Assembly: GCF_963921235.1 (NCBI RefSeq) | Contig: NC_086097.1 | Span: forward strand, 252,032,001 to 252,096,000 | DNA: 64,000 bases | DNA from: Mobula hypostoma | Taxonomy: Eukaryota | Direction of reading: 5' to 3' | Shown: in pieces, positions 40,701 to 55,497 of the stretch | How the letters are laid out: each line of letters starts with the position of its first letter | How positions within the stretch are numbered: position 1 is the first letter of the stretch | The notes under the pieces: model-generated | Seen by the model: only the letters and a program-made list of their open reading frames with translations | Databases searched by the model: none | Told to the model about the DNA's origin: nothing | Program-made: the position numbers and the translations under genes

Positions 40701-43700
40701 GGGGGGGGAACCTGTTCAATGTGTACTCACTGGAATTTACAAGAATGGGGGGGGAACCTGTTCAATGTGTACTCACTGGAATTTACAAGAATGGGGGGGG
40801 AACCTGTTCAATGTGTACTCACTGGAATTTACAAGAATGGGGGGGGGAACCTGTTCAATGTGTACTCACTGGAATTTACAAGAATGGGGGGGGGGAACCT
40901 GTTCAATGTGTACTCACTGGAATTTACAAGAATGGGGGGGGAACCTGTTCAATGTGTACTCACTGGAATTTACAAGAATGGGGGGGGAACCTGTTCAATG
41001 TGTACTCACTGGAATTTACAAGAATGGGGGGGGAACCTGTTCAATGTGTACTCACTGGAATTTACAAGAATGGGGGGGGGAACCTGTTCAATGTGTACTC
41101 ACTGGAATTTACAAGAATGGGGGGGGGAACCTGTTCAATGTGTACTCACTGGAATTTACAAGAATGGGGGGGGGAACCTGTTCAATGTGTACTCACTGGA
41201 ATTTACAAGAATGGGGGGGGAACCTGTTCAATGTGTACTCACTGGAATTTACAAGAATGGGGGGGGAACCTGTTCAATGTGTACTCACTGGAATTTACAA
41301 GAATGGGGGGGGAACCTGTTCAATGTGTACTCACTGGAATTTACAAGAATGGGGGGGGAACCTGTTCAATGTGTACTCACTGGAATTTACAAGAATGGGG
41401 GGGGGAACCTGTTCAATGTGTACTCACTGGAATTTACAAGAATGGGGGGGGGGAACCTGTTCAATGTGTACTCACTGGAATTTACAAGAATGGGGGGGAA
41501 CCTGTTCAATGTGTACTCACTGGAATTTACAAGAATGGGGGGGGAACCTGTTCAATGTGTACTCACTGGAATTTACAAGAATGGGGGGGGAACCTGTTCA
41601 ATGTGTACTCACTGGAATTTACAAGAATGGGGGGGGAACCTGTTCAATGTGTACTCACTGGAATTTACAAGAATGGGGGGGGAACCTGTTCAATGTGTAC
41701 TCACTGGAATTTACAAGAATGGGGGGGGGAACCTGTTCAATGTGTACTCACTGGAATTTACAAGAATGGGGGGGGAACCTGTTCAATGTGTACTCACTGG
41801 AATTTACAAGAATGGGGGGGGGAACCTGTTCAATGTGTACTCACTGGAATTTACAAGAATGGGGGGGGAACCTGTTCAATGTGTACTCACTGGAATTTAC
41901 AAGAATGGGGGGGAACCTGTTCAATGTGTACTCACTGGAATTTACAAGAATGGGGGGGAACCTGTTCAATGTGTACTCACTGGAATTTACAAGAATGGGG
42001 GGGGAACCTGTTCAATGTGTACTCACTGGAATTTACAAGAATGGGGGGGGAACCTGTTCAATGTGTACTCACTGGAATTTACAAGAATGGGGGGGGAACC
42101 TGTTCAATGTGTACTCACTGGAATTTACAAGAATGGGGGGGGAACCTGTTCAATGTGTACTCACTGGAATTTACAAGAATGGGGGGGGAACCTGTTCAAT
42201 GTGTACTCACTGGAATTTACAAGAATGGGGGGGGGAACCTGTTCAATGTGTACTCACTGGAATTTACAAGAATGGGGGGGGAACCTGTTCAATGTGTACT
42301 CACTGGAATTTACAAGAATGGGGGGGAACCTGTTCAATGTGTACTCACTGGAATTTGGGGGGGGAACCTGTTCAATGTGTACTCACTGGAATTTACAAGA
42401 ATGGGGGGGGAACCTGTTCAATGTGTACTCACTGGAATTTACAAGAATGGGGGGGGAACCTGTTCAATGTGTACTCACTGGAATTTACAAGAATGGGGGG
42501 GGAACCTGTTCAATGTGTACTCACTGGAATTTACAAGAATGGGGGGGGAACCTGTTCAATGTGTACTCACTGGAATTTACAAGAATGGGGGGGGAACCTG
42601 TTCAATGTGTACTCACTGGAATTTACAAGAAGAATGGGGGGGGAACCTGTTCAATGTGTACTCACTGGAATTTACAAGAATGGGGGGGAACCTGTTCAAT
42701 GTGTACTCACTGGAATTTACAAGAATGGGGGGGAACCTGTTCAATGTGTACTCACTGGAATTTACAAGAATGGGGGGGAACCTGTTCAATGTGTACTCAC
42801 TGGAATTTACAAGAATGGGGGGGAACCTGTTCAATGTGTACTCACTGGAATTTACAAGAATGGGGGGGGAACCTGTTCAATGTGTACTCACTGGAATTTA
42901 CAAGAATGGGGGGGGGAACCTGTTCAATGTGTACTCACTGGAATTTACAAGAATGGGGGGGGAACCTGTTCAATGTGTACTCACTGGGATGTGTACTCAC
43001 TGGAATTTACAAGAATGGGGGGGAACCTGTTCAATGTGTACTCACTGGAATTTACAAGGGGGGGGAACCTGTTCAATGTGTACTCACTGGAATTTACAAG
43101 AATGGGGGGGGGAACCTGTTCAATGTGTACTCACTGGAATTTACAAGAATGGGGGGGGAACCTGTTCAATGTGTACTCACTGGAATTTACAAGAATGGGG
43201 GGGGAACCTGTTCAATGTGTACTCACTGGAATTTACAAGAATGGGGGGGGAACCTGTTCAATGTGTACTCACTGGAATTTACAAGAATGGGGGGGGAACC
43301 TGTTCAATGTGTACTCACTGGAATTTACAAGAATGGGGGGGGAACCTGTTCAATGTGTACTCACTGGAATTTACAAGAATGGGGGGGGAACCTGTTCAAT
43401 GTGTACTCACTGGAATTTACAAGAATGGGGGGGGAACCTGTTCAATGTGTACTCACTGGAATTTACAAGAATGGGGGGGGAACCTGTTCAATGTGTACTC
43501 ACTGGAATTTACAAGAATGGGGGGGGAACCTGTTCAATGTGTACTCACTGGAATTTACAAGAATGGGGGGGGAACCTGTTCAATGTGTACTCACTGGAAT
43601 TTACAAGAATGGGGGGGGAACCTGTTCAATGTGTACTCACTGGAATTTACAAGAATGGGGGGGAACCTGTTCAATGTGTACTCACTGGAATTTACAAGAA

Positions 43701-46700
43701 TGGGGGGGGAACCTGTTCAATGTGTACTCACTGGAATTTACAAGAATGGGGGGGGAACCTGTTCAATGTGTACTCACTGGAATTTACAAGAATGGGGGGG
43801 GAACCTGTTCAATGTGTACTCACTGGAATTTACAAGAATGGGGGGGGAACCTGTTCAATGTGTACTCACTGGAATTTACAAGAATGGGGGGGGAACCTGT
43901 TCAATGTGTACTCACTGGAATTTACAAGAATGGGGGGGGGGAACCTGTTCAATGTGTACTCACTGGAATTTACAAGAATGGGGGGGAACCTGTTCAATGT
44001 GTACTCACTGGAATTTACAAGAATGGGGGGGGAACCTGTTCAATGTGTACTCACTGGAATTTACAAGAATGGGGGGGGAACCTGTTCAATGTGTACTCAC
44101 TGGAATTTACAAGAATGGGGGGGGAACCTGTTCAATGTGTACTCACTGGAATTTACAAGAATGGGGGGGGGAACCTGTTCAATGTGTACTCACTGGAATT
44201 TACAAGAATGGGGGGGGGAACCTGTTCAATGTGTACTCACTGGAATTTACAAGAATGGGGGGGGAACCTGTTCAATGTGTACTCACTGGAATTTACAAGA
44301 ATGGGGGGGGAACCTGTTCAATGTGTACTCACTGGAATTTACAAGAATGGGGGGGGAACCTGTTCAATGTGTACTCACTGGAATTTACAAGAATGGGGGG
44401 GGAACCTGTTCAATGTGTACTCACTGGAATTTACAAGAATGGGGGGGGAACCTGTTCAATGTGTACTCACTGGAATTTACAAGAATGGGGGGGGAACCTG
44501 TTCAATGTGTACTCACTGGAATTTACAAGAATGGGGGGGGAACCTGTTCAATGTGTACTCACTGGAATTTACAAGAATGGGGGGGGAACCTGTTCAATGT
44601 GTACTCACTGGAATTTACAAGAATGGGGGGGGAACCTGTTCAATGTGTACTCACTGGAATTTACAAGAATGGGGGGGGAACCTGTTCAATGTGTACTCAC
44701 TGGAATTTACAAGAATGGGGGGGGGAACCTGTTCAATGTGTACTCACTGGAATTTACAAGAATGGGGGGGGGAACCTGTTCAATGTGTACTCACTGGAAT
44801 TTACAAGAATGGGGGGGGGGAACCTGTTCAATGTGTACTCACTGGAATTTACAAGAATGGGGGGGGAACCTGTTCAATGTGTACTCACTGGAATTTACAA
44901 GAATGGGGGGGGAACCTGTTCAATGTGTACTCACTGGAATTTACAAGAATGGGGGGGGGAACCTGTTCAATGTGTACTCACTGGAATTTACAAGAATGGG
45001 GGGGGAACCTGTTCAATGTGTACTCACTGGAATTTACAAGAATGGGGGGGGAACCTGTTCAATGTGTACTCACTGGAATTTACAAGAATGGGGGGGGGAA
45101 CCTGTTCAATGTGTACTCACTGGAATTTACAAGAATGGGGGGGGGAACCTGTTCAATGTGTACTCACTGGAATTTACAAGAATGGGGGGGGGAACCTGTT
45201 CAATGTGTACTCACTGGAATTTACAAGAATGGGGGGGGAACCTGTTCAATGTGTACTCACTGGAATTTACAAGAATGGGGGGGGAACCTGTTCAATGTGT
45301 ACTCACTGGAATTTACAAGAATGGGGGGGGGAACCTGTTCAATGTGTACTCACTGGAATTTACAAGAATGGGGGGGGAACCTGTTCAATGTGTACTCACT
45401 GGAATTTACAAGAATGGGGGGGGGAACCTGTTCAATGTGTACTCACTGGAATTTACAAGAATGGGGGGGGAACCTGTTCAATGTGTACTCACTGGAATTT
45501 ACAAGAATGGGGGGGGAACCTGTTCAATGTGTACTCACTGGAATTTACAAGAATGGGGGGGGAACCTGTTCAATGTGTACTCACTGGAATTTACAAGAAT
45601 GGGGGGGGGAACCTGTTCAATGTGTACTCACTGGAATTTACAAGAATGGGGGGGAACCTGTTCAATGTGTACTCACTGGAATTTACAAGAATGGGGGGGG
45701 AACCTGTTCAATGTGTACTCACTGGAATTTACAAGAATGGGGGGGGAACCTGTTCAATGTGTACTCACTGGAATTTACAAGAATGGGGGGGGAACCTGGT
45801 TCAATGTGTACTCACTGGAATTTACAAGAATGGGGGGGAACCTGTTCAATGTGTACTCACTGGAATTTACAAGAATGGGGGGGGAACCTGTTCAATGTGT
45901 ACTCACTGGAATTTACAAGAATGGGGGGGGAACCTGTTCAATGTGTACTCACTGGAATTTACAAGAATGGGGGGGGAACCTGTTCAATGTGTACTCACTG
46001 GAATTTACAAGAATGGGGGGGGAACCTGTTCAATGTGTACTCACTGGAATTTACAAGAATGGGGGGGGAACCTGTTCAATGTGTACTCACTGGAATTTAC
46101 AAGAATGGGGGGGGGAACCTGTTCAATGTGTACTCACTGGAATTTACAAGAATGGGGGGGGGAACCTGTTCAATGTGTACTCACTGGAATTTACAAGAAT
46201 GGGGGGGGGGAACCTGTTCAATGTGTACTCACTGGAATTTACAAGAATGGGGGGGGAACCTGTTCAATGTGTACTCACTGGAATTTACAAGAATGGGGGG
46301 GGGAACCTGTTCAATGTGTACTCACTGGAATTTACAAGAATGGGGGGGGAACCTGTTCAATGTGTACTCACTGGAATTTACAAGAATGGGGGGGGGAACC
46401 TGTTCAATGTGTACTCACTGGAATTTACAAGAATGGGGGGGGAACCTGTTCAATGTGTACTCACTGGAATTTACAAGAATGGGGGGGAACCTGTTCAATG
46501 TGTACTCACTGGAATTTACAAGAATGGGGGGGGAACCTGTTCAATGTGTACTCACTGGAATTTACAAGAATGGGGGGGGAACCTGTTCAATGTGTACTCA
46601 CTGGAATTTACAAGAATGGGGGGGGAACCTGTTCAATGTGTACTCACTGGAATTTACAAGAATGGGGGGGGAACCTGTTCAATGTGTACTCACTGGAATT

Positions 46701-49700
46701 TACAAGAATGGGGGGGGAACCTGTTCAATGTGTACTCACTGGAATTTACAAGAATGGGGGGGGAACCTGTTCAATGTGTACTCACTGGAATTTACAAGAA
46801 TGGGGGGGGGAACCTGTTCAATGTGTACTCACTGGAATTTTACAAGAATTTACAAGAATGGGGGGGGGAACCTGTTCAATGTGTACTCACTGGAATTTAC
46901 AAGAATGGGGGGGAACCTGTTCAATGTGTACTCACTGGAATTTACAAGAATGGGGGGGGAACCTGTTCAATGTGTACTCACTGGAATTTACAAGAATGGG
47001 GGGGGAACCTGTTCAATGTGTACTCACTGGAATTTACAAGAATGGGGGGGGAACCTGTTCAATGTGTACTCACTGGAATTTACAAGAATGGGGGGGGAAC
47101 CTGTTCAATGTGTACTCACTGGAATTTACAAGAATGGGGGGGGAACCTGTTCAATGTGTACTCACTGGAATTTACAAGAATGGGGGGGGGAACCTGTTCA
47201 ATGTGTACTCACTGGAATTTACAAGAATGGGGGGGGAACCTGTTCAATGTGTACTCACTGGAATTTACAAGAATGGGGGGGGAACCTGTTCAATGTGTAC
47301 TCACTGGAATTTACAAGAATGGGGGGGGGAACCTGTTCAATGTGTACTCACTGGAATTTACAAGAATGGGGGGGGGAACCTGTTCAATGTGTACTCACTG
47401 GAATTTACAAGAATGGGGGGGGAACCTGTTCAATGTGTACTCACTGGAATTTACAAGAATGGGGGGGGGAACCTGTTCAATGTGTACTCACTGGAATTAC
47501 AAGAATGGGGGGGAACCTGTTCAATGTGTACTCACTGGAATTTACAAGGGGGGGGGAACCTGTTCAATGTGTACTCACTGGAATTTACAAGAATGGGGGG
47601 GGAACCTGTTCAATGTGTACTCACTGGAATTTACAAGAATGGGGGGGGAACCTGTTCAATGTGTACTCACTGGAATTTACAAGAATGGGGGGGGAACCTG
47701 TTCAATGTGTACTCACTGGAATTTACAAGAATGGGGGGGGAACCTGTTCAATGTGTACTCACTGGAATTTACAAGAATGGGGGGGGAACCTGTTCAATGT
47801 GTACTCACTGGAATTTACAAGAATGGGGGGGGAACCTGTTCAATGTGTACTCACTGGAATTTACAAGAATGGGGGGGGGAACCTGTTCAATGTGTACTCA
47901 CTGGAATTTACAAGAATGGGGGGGGGAACCTGTTCAATGTGTACTCACTGGAATTTACAAGAATGGGGGGGGGAACCTGTTCAATGTGTACTCACTGGAA
48001 TTTACAAGAATGGGGGGGGGAACCTGTTCAATGTGTACTCACTGGAATTTACAAGAATGGGGGGGGGGAACCTGTTCAATGTGTACTCACTGGAATTTAC
48101 AAGAATGGGGGGGGGAACCTGTTCAATGTGTACTCACTGGAATTTACAAGAATGGGGGGGGGAACCTGTTCAATGTGTACTCACTGGAATTTACAAGAAT
48201 GGGGGGGGAACCTGTTCAATGTGTACTCACTGGAATTTACAAGAATGGGGGGGGAACCTGTTCAATGTGTACTCACTGGAATTTACAAGAATGGGGGGGG
48301 GAACCTGTTCAATGTGTACTCACTGGAATTTACAAGAATGGGGGGGGAACCTGTTCAATGTGTACTCACTGGAATTTACAAGAATGGGGGGGGAACCTGT
48401 TCAATGTGTACTCACTGGAATTTACAAGAATGGGGGGGGAACCTGTTCAATGTGTACTCACTGGAATTTACAAGAATGGGGGGGGGAACCTGTTCAATGT
48501 GTACTCACTGGAATTTACAAGAATGGGGGGGGAACCTGTTCAATGTGTACTCACTGGAATTTACAAGAATGGGGGGGGAACCTGTTCAATGTGTACTCAC
48601 TGGAATTTACAAGAATGGGGGGGGAACCTGTTCAATGTGTACTCACTGGAATTTACAAGAATGGGGGGGGAACCTGTTCAATGTGTACTCACTGGAATTT
48701 ACAAGAATGGGGGGGGAACCTGTTCAATGTGTACTCACTGGAATTTACAAGAATGGGGGGGGGAACCTGTTCAATGTGTACTCACTGGAATTTACAAGAA
48801 TGGGGGGGGAACCTGTTCAATGTGTACTCACTGGAATTTACAAGAATGGGGGGGGAACCTGTTCAATGTGTACTCACTGGAATTTACAAGAATGGGGGGG
48901 GAACCTGTTCAATGTGTACTCACTGGAATTTACAAGAATGGGGGGGGGAACCTGTTCAATGTGTACTCACTGGAATTTACAAGAATGGGGGGGGAACCTG
49001 TTCAATGTGTACTCACTGGAATTTACAAGAATGGGGGGGGAACCTGTTCAATGTGTACTCACTGGAATTTACAAGAATGGGGGGGGAACCTGTTCAATGT
49101 GTACTCACTGGAATTTACAAGAATGGGGGGGGAACCTGTTCAATGTGTACTCACTGGAATTTACAAGAATGGGGGGGGAACCTGTTCAATGTGTACTCAC
49201 TGGAATTTACAAGAATGGGGGGGGAACCTGTTCAATGTGTACTCACTGGAATTTACAAGAATGGGGGGGGAACCTGTTCAATGTGTACTCACTGGAATTT
49301 ACAAGAATGGGGGGGGAACCTGTTCAATGTGTACTCACTGGAATTTACAAGAATGGGGGGGGAACCTGTTCAATGTGTACTCACTGGAATTTACAAGAAT
49401 GGGGGGGGAACCTGTTCAATGTGTACTCACTGGAATTTACAAGAATGGGGGGGGAACCTGTTCAATGTGTACTCACTGGAATTTACAAGAATGGGGGGGG
49501 AACCTGTTCAATGTGTACTCACTGGAATTTACAAGAATGGGGGGGGGAACCTGTTCAATGTGTACTCACTGGAATTTACAAGAATGGGGGGGGGAACCTG
49601 TTCAATGTGTACTCACTGGAATTTACAAGAATGGGGGGGGAACCTGTTCAATGTGTACTCACTGGAATTTACAAGAATGGGGGGGGAACCTGTTCAATGT

Positions 49701-52700
49701 GTACTCACTGGAATTTACAAGAATGGGGGGGGGAACCTGTTCAATGTGTACTCACTGGAATTTACAAGAATGGGGGGGGAACCTGTTCAATGTGTACTCA
49801 CTGGAATTTACAAGAATGGGGGGGAACCTGTTCAATGTGTACTCACTGGAATTTACAAGAATGGGGGGGAACCTGTTCAATGTGTACTCACTGGAATTTA
49901 CAAGAATGGGGGGGGAACCTGTTCAATGTGTACTCACTGGAATTTACAAGAATGGGGGGGGAACCTGTTCAATGTGTACTCACTGGAATTTACAAGAATG
50001 GGGGGGGAACCTGTTCAATGTGTACTCACTGGAATTTACAAGAATGGGGGGGGGAACCTGTTCAATGTGTACTCACTGGAATTTACAAGAATGGGGGGGG
50101 GAACCTGTTCAATGTGTACTCACTGGAATTTACAAGAATGGGGGGGGAACCTGTTCAATGTGTACTCACTGGAATTTACAAGAATGGGGGGGGAACCTGT
50201 TCAATGTGTACTCACTGGAATTTACAAGAATGGGGGGGGAACCTGTTCAATGTGTACTCACTGGAATTTACAAGAATGGGGGGGGGGAACCTGTTCAATG
50301 TGTACTCACTGGAATTTACAAGAATGGGGGGGGAACCTGTTCAATGTGTACTCACTGGAATTTACAAGAATGGGGGGGGGAACCTGTTCAATGTGTACTC
50401 ACTGGAATTTACAAGAATGGGGGGGGAACCTGTTCAATGTGTACTCACTGGAATTTACAAGAATGGGGGGGGAACCTGTTCAATGTGTACTCACTGGAAT
50501 TTACAAGAATGGGGGGGGAACCTGTTCAATGTGTACTCACTGGAATTTACAAGAATGGGGGGGGGAACCTGTTCAATGTGTACTCACTGGAATTTACAAG
50601 AATGGGGGGGGAACCTGTTCAATGTGTACTCACTGGAATTTACAAGAATGGGGGGGGAACCTGTTCAATGTGTACTCACTGGAATTTACAAGAATGGGGG
50701 GGGAACCTGTTCAATGTGTACTCACTGGAATTTACAAGAATGGGGGGGGGAACCTGTTCAATGTGTACTCACTGGAATTTACAAGAATGGGGGGGGAACC
50801 TGTTCAATGTGTACTCACTGGAATTTACAAGAAGGGGGGGGGAACCTGTGTTCAATGTGTACTCACTGGAATTTACAAGAATGGGGGGGGAACCTGTTCA
50901 ATGTGTACTCACTGGAATTTACAAGAATGGGGGGGGAACCTGTTCAATGTGTACTCACTGGGGGAACCTGTTCAATGTGTACTCACTGGAATTTACAAGA
51001 ATGGGGGGGGAACCTGTTCAATGTGTACTCACTGGAATTTACAAGAATGGGGGGGGAACCTGTTCAATGTGTACTCACTGGAATTTACAAGAATGGGGGG
51101 GGAACCTGTTCAATGTGTACTCACTGGAATTTACAAGAATGGGGGGGGAACCTGTTCAATGTGTACTCACTGGAATTTACAAGAATGGGGGGAACCTGTT
51201 CAATGTGTACTCACTGGAATTTACAAGGGGGGGGGAACCTGTTCAATGTGTACTCACTGGAATTTACAAGAATGGGGGGGGAACCTGTTCAATGTGTACT
51301 CACTGGAATTTACAAGAATGGGGGGGGAACCTGTTCAATGTGTACTCACTGGAATTTACAAGAATGGGGGGGAACCTGTTCAATGTGTACTCACTGGAAT
51401 TTACAAGAATGGGGGGGGAACCTGTTCAATGTGTACTCACTGGAATTACAAGAATACCTGTTCAATGTGTACTCACTGGAATTTACAAGAATGGGGGGGG
51501 AACCTGTTCAATGTGTACTCACTGGAATTTACAAGAATGGGGGGGGAACCTGTTCAATGTGTACTCACTGGAATTTACAAGAATGGGGGGGGAACCTGTT
51601 CAATGTGTACTCACTGGAATTTACAAGAATGGGGGGGGAACCTGTTCAATGTGTACTCACTGGAATTTACAAGAATGGGGGGGGAACCTGTTCAATGTGT
51701 ACTCACTGGAATTTACAAGAATGGGGGGGGAACCTGTTCAATGTGTACTCACTGGAATTTACAAGAATGGGGGGGGGAACCTGTTCAATGTGTACTCACT
51801 GGAATTTACAAGAATGGGGGGGGAACCTGTTCAATGTGTACTCACTGGAATTTACAAGAATGGGGGGGGGAACCTGTTCAATGTGTACTCACTGGAATTT
51901 ACAAGAATGGGGGGGGAACCTGTTCAATGTGTACTCACTGGAATTTACAAGAATGGGGGGGGACCTGTTCAATGTGTACTCACTGGAATTTACAAGAATG
52001 GGGGGGAACCTGTTCAATGTGTACTCACTGGAATTTACAAGAATGGGGGGGGAACCTGTTCAATGTGTACTCACTGGAATTTACAAGAATGGGGGGGGAA
52101 CCTGTTCAATGTGTACTCACTGGAATTTACAAGAATGGGGGGGAACCTGTTCAATGTGTACTCACTGGAATTTACAAGGGGGGGGGAACCTGTTCAATGT
52201 GTACTCACTGGAATTTACAAGAATGGGGGGGGAACCTGTTCAATGTGTACTCACTGGAATTTACAAGAATGGGGGGGGGGAACCTGTTCAATGTGTACTC
52301 ACTGGAATTTACAAGAATGGGGGGGGGGAACCTGTTCAATGTGTACTCACTGGAATTTACAAGAATGGGGGGGGAACCTGTTCAATGTGTACTCACTGGA
52401 ATTTACAAGAATGGGGGGGGGAACCTGTTCAATGTGTACTCACTGGAATTTACAAGAATGGGGGGGGGAACCTGTTCAATGTGTACTCACTGGAATTTAC
52501 AAGAATGGGGGGGGGAACCTGTTCAATGTGTACTCACTGGAATTTACAAGAATGGGGGGGGGAACCTGTTCAATGTGTACTCACTGGAATTTACAAGAAT
52601 GGGGGGGGAACCTGTTCAATGTGTACTCACTGGAATTTACAAGAATGGGGGGGGGAACCTGTTCAATGTGTACTCACTGGAATTTACAAGAATGGGGGGG

Positions 52701-55497
52701 GGAACCTGTTCAATGTGTACTCACTGGAATTTACAAGAATGGGGGGGGAACCTGTTCAATGTGTACTCACTGGAATTTACAAGAATGGGGGGGGAACCTG
52801 TTCAATGTGTACTCACTGGAATTTACAAGAATGGGGGGGGAACCTGTTCAATGTGTACTCACTGGAATTTACAAGAATGGGGGGGGGAACCTGTTCAATG
52901 TGTACTCACTGGAATTTACAAGAATGGGGGGGGGAACCTGTTCAATGTGTACTCACTGGAATTTACAAGAATGGGGGGGGGGAACCTGTTCAATGTGTAC
53001 TCACTGGAATTTACAAGAATGGGGGGGGAACCTGTTCAATGTGTACTCACTGGAATTTACAAGAATGGGGGGGGAACCTGTTCAATGTGTACTCACTGGA
53101 ATTTACAAGAATGGGGGGGGGAACCTGTTCAATGTGTACTCACTGGAATTTACAAGAATGGGGGGGGAACCTGTTCAATGTGTACTCACTGGAATTTACA
53201 AGAATGGGGGGGGGAACCTGTTCAATGTGTACTCACTGGAATTTACAAGAATGGGGGGGGGAACCTGTTCAATGTGTACTCACTGGAATTTACAAGAATG
53301 GGGGGGGAACCTGTTCAATGTGTACTCACTGGAATTTACAAGAATGGGGGGGGGAACCTGTTCAATGTGTACTCACTGGAATTTACAAGAATGGGGGGGG
53401 AACCTGTTCAATGTGTACTCACTGGAATTTACAAGAATGGGGGGGGAACCTGTTCAATGTGTACTCACTGGAATTTACAAGAATGGGGGGGGAACCTGTT
53501 CAATGTGTACTCACTGGAATTTACAAGAATGGGGGGGGAACCTGTTCAATGTGTACTCACTGGAATTTACAAGAATGGGGGGGGGAACCTGTTCAATGTG
53601 TACTCACTGGAATTTACAAGAATGGGGGGGGGGAACCTGTTCAATGTGTACTCACTGGAATTTACAAGAATGGGGGGGGAACCTGTTCAATGTGTACTCA
53701 CTGGAATTTACAAGAATGGGGGGGGAACCTGTTCAATGTGTACTCACTGGAATTTACAAGAATGGGGGGGGGAACCTGTTCAATGTGTACTCACTGGAAT
53801 TTACAAGAATGGGGGGGGAACCTGTTCAATGTGTACTCACTGGAATTTACAAGAATGGGGGGGGAACCTGTTCAATGTGTACTCACTGGAATTTACAAGA
53901 ATGGGGGGGGGAACCTGTTCAATGTGTACTCACTGGAATTTACAAGAATGGGGGGGGAACCTGTTCAATGTGTACTCACTGGAATTTACAAGAATGGGGG
54001 GGGGAACCTGTTCAATGTGTACTCACTGGAATTTACAAGAATGGGGGGGGAACCTGTTCAATGTGTACTCACTGGAATTTACAAGAATGGGGGGGGAACC
54101 TGTTCAATGTGTACTCACTGGAATTTACAAGAATGGGGGGGGGAACCTGTTCAATGTGTACTCACTGGAATTTACAAGAATGGGGGGGGGAACCTGTTCA
54201 ATGTGTACTCACTGGAATTTACAAGAATGGGGGGGGAACCTGTTCAATGTGTACTCACTGGAATTTACAAGAACCTGTTCAATGTGTACTCACTGGAATT
54301 TACAAGAATGGGGGGGAACCTGTTCAATGTGTACTCACTGGAATTTACAAGAATGGGGGGGGAACCTGTTCAATGTGTACTCACTGGAATTTACAAGAAT
54401 GGGGGGGGAACCTGTTCAATGTGTACTCACTGGAATTTACAAGAATGGGGGGGGAACCTGTTCAATGTGTACTCACTGGAATTTACAAGAATGGGGGGGG
54501 GAACCTGTTCAATGTGTACTCACTGGAATTTACAAGAATGGGGGGGGGAACCTGTTCAATGTGTACTCACTGGAATTTACAAGAATGGGGGGGGAACCTG
54601 TTCAATGTGTACTCACTGGAATTTACAAGAATGGGGGGGGAACCTGTTCAATGTGTACTCACTGGAATTTACAAGAATGGGGGGGGAACCTGTTCAATGT
54701 GTACTCACTGGAATTTACAAGAATGGGGGGGGGAACCTGTTCAATGTGTACTCACTGGAATTTACAAGAATGGGGGGGGAACCTGTTCAATGTGTACTCA
54801 CTGGAATTTACAAGAATGGGGGGGGAACCTGTTCAATGTGTACTCACTGGAATTTACAAGAATGGGGGGGGAACCTGTTCAATGTGTACTCACTGGAATT
54901 TACAAGAATGGGGGGGGAACCTGTTCAATGTGTACTCACTGGAATTTACAAGAATGGGGGGGGAACCTGTTCAATGTGTACTCACTGGAATTTACAAGAA
55001 TGGGGGGGGGAACCTGTTCAATGTGTACTCACTGGAATTTACAAGAATGGGGGGGGGAACCTGTTCAATGTGTACTCACTGGAATTTACAAGAATGGGGG
55101 GGGAACCTGTTCAATGTGTACTCACTGGAATTTACAAGAATGGGGGGGGGAACCTGTTCAATGTGTACTCACTGGAATTTACAAGAATGGGGGGGGGGAA
55201 CCTGTTCAATGTGTACTCACTGGAATTTACAAGAATGGGGGGGGGGAACCTGTTCAATGTGTACTCACTGGAATTTACAAGAATGGGGGGGGGGAACCTG
55301 TTCAATGTGTACTCACTGGAATTTACAAGAATGGGGGGGGGAACCTGTTCAATGTGTACTCACTGGAATTTACAAGAATGGGGGGGGGGAACCTGTTCAA
55401 TGTGTACTCACTGGAATTTACAAGAATGGGGGGGGGAACCTGTTCAATGTGTACTCACTGGAATTTACAAGAATGGGGGGGTGGAACCTGTTCAATG
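25800..55497 (+). repeat. CR1-derived 46-bp tandem array, ~29.7 kb, ~640 copies; unit TGTACTCACTGGAATTTACAAGAAT(G)8AACCTGTTCAATG
   Basis: Period of 46 with G8; G-run mostly 7-10; almost no substitutions; copy number estimated as length divided by ~46.3. Confidence 0.98.

Noticed and set aside
25800..55497. CRISPR-like array
   Set aside because: Units are head-to-tail with no unique spacers, there are no cas genes, and the context is eukaryotic.
25800..55497. Telomeric or centromeric repeat
   Set aside because: No TTAGGG units; the array is embedded between in-frame exons; centromere function cannot be inferred from sequence.
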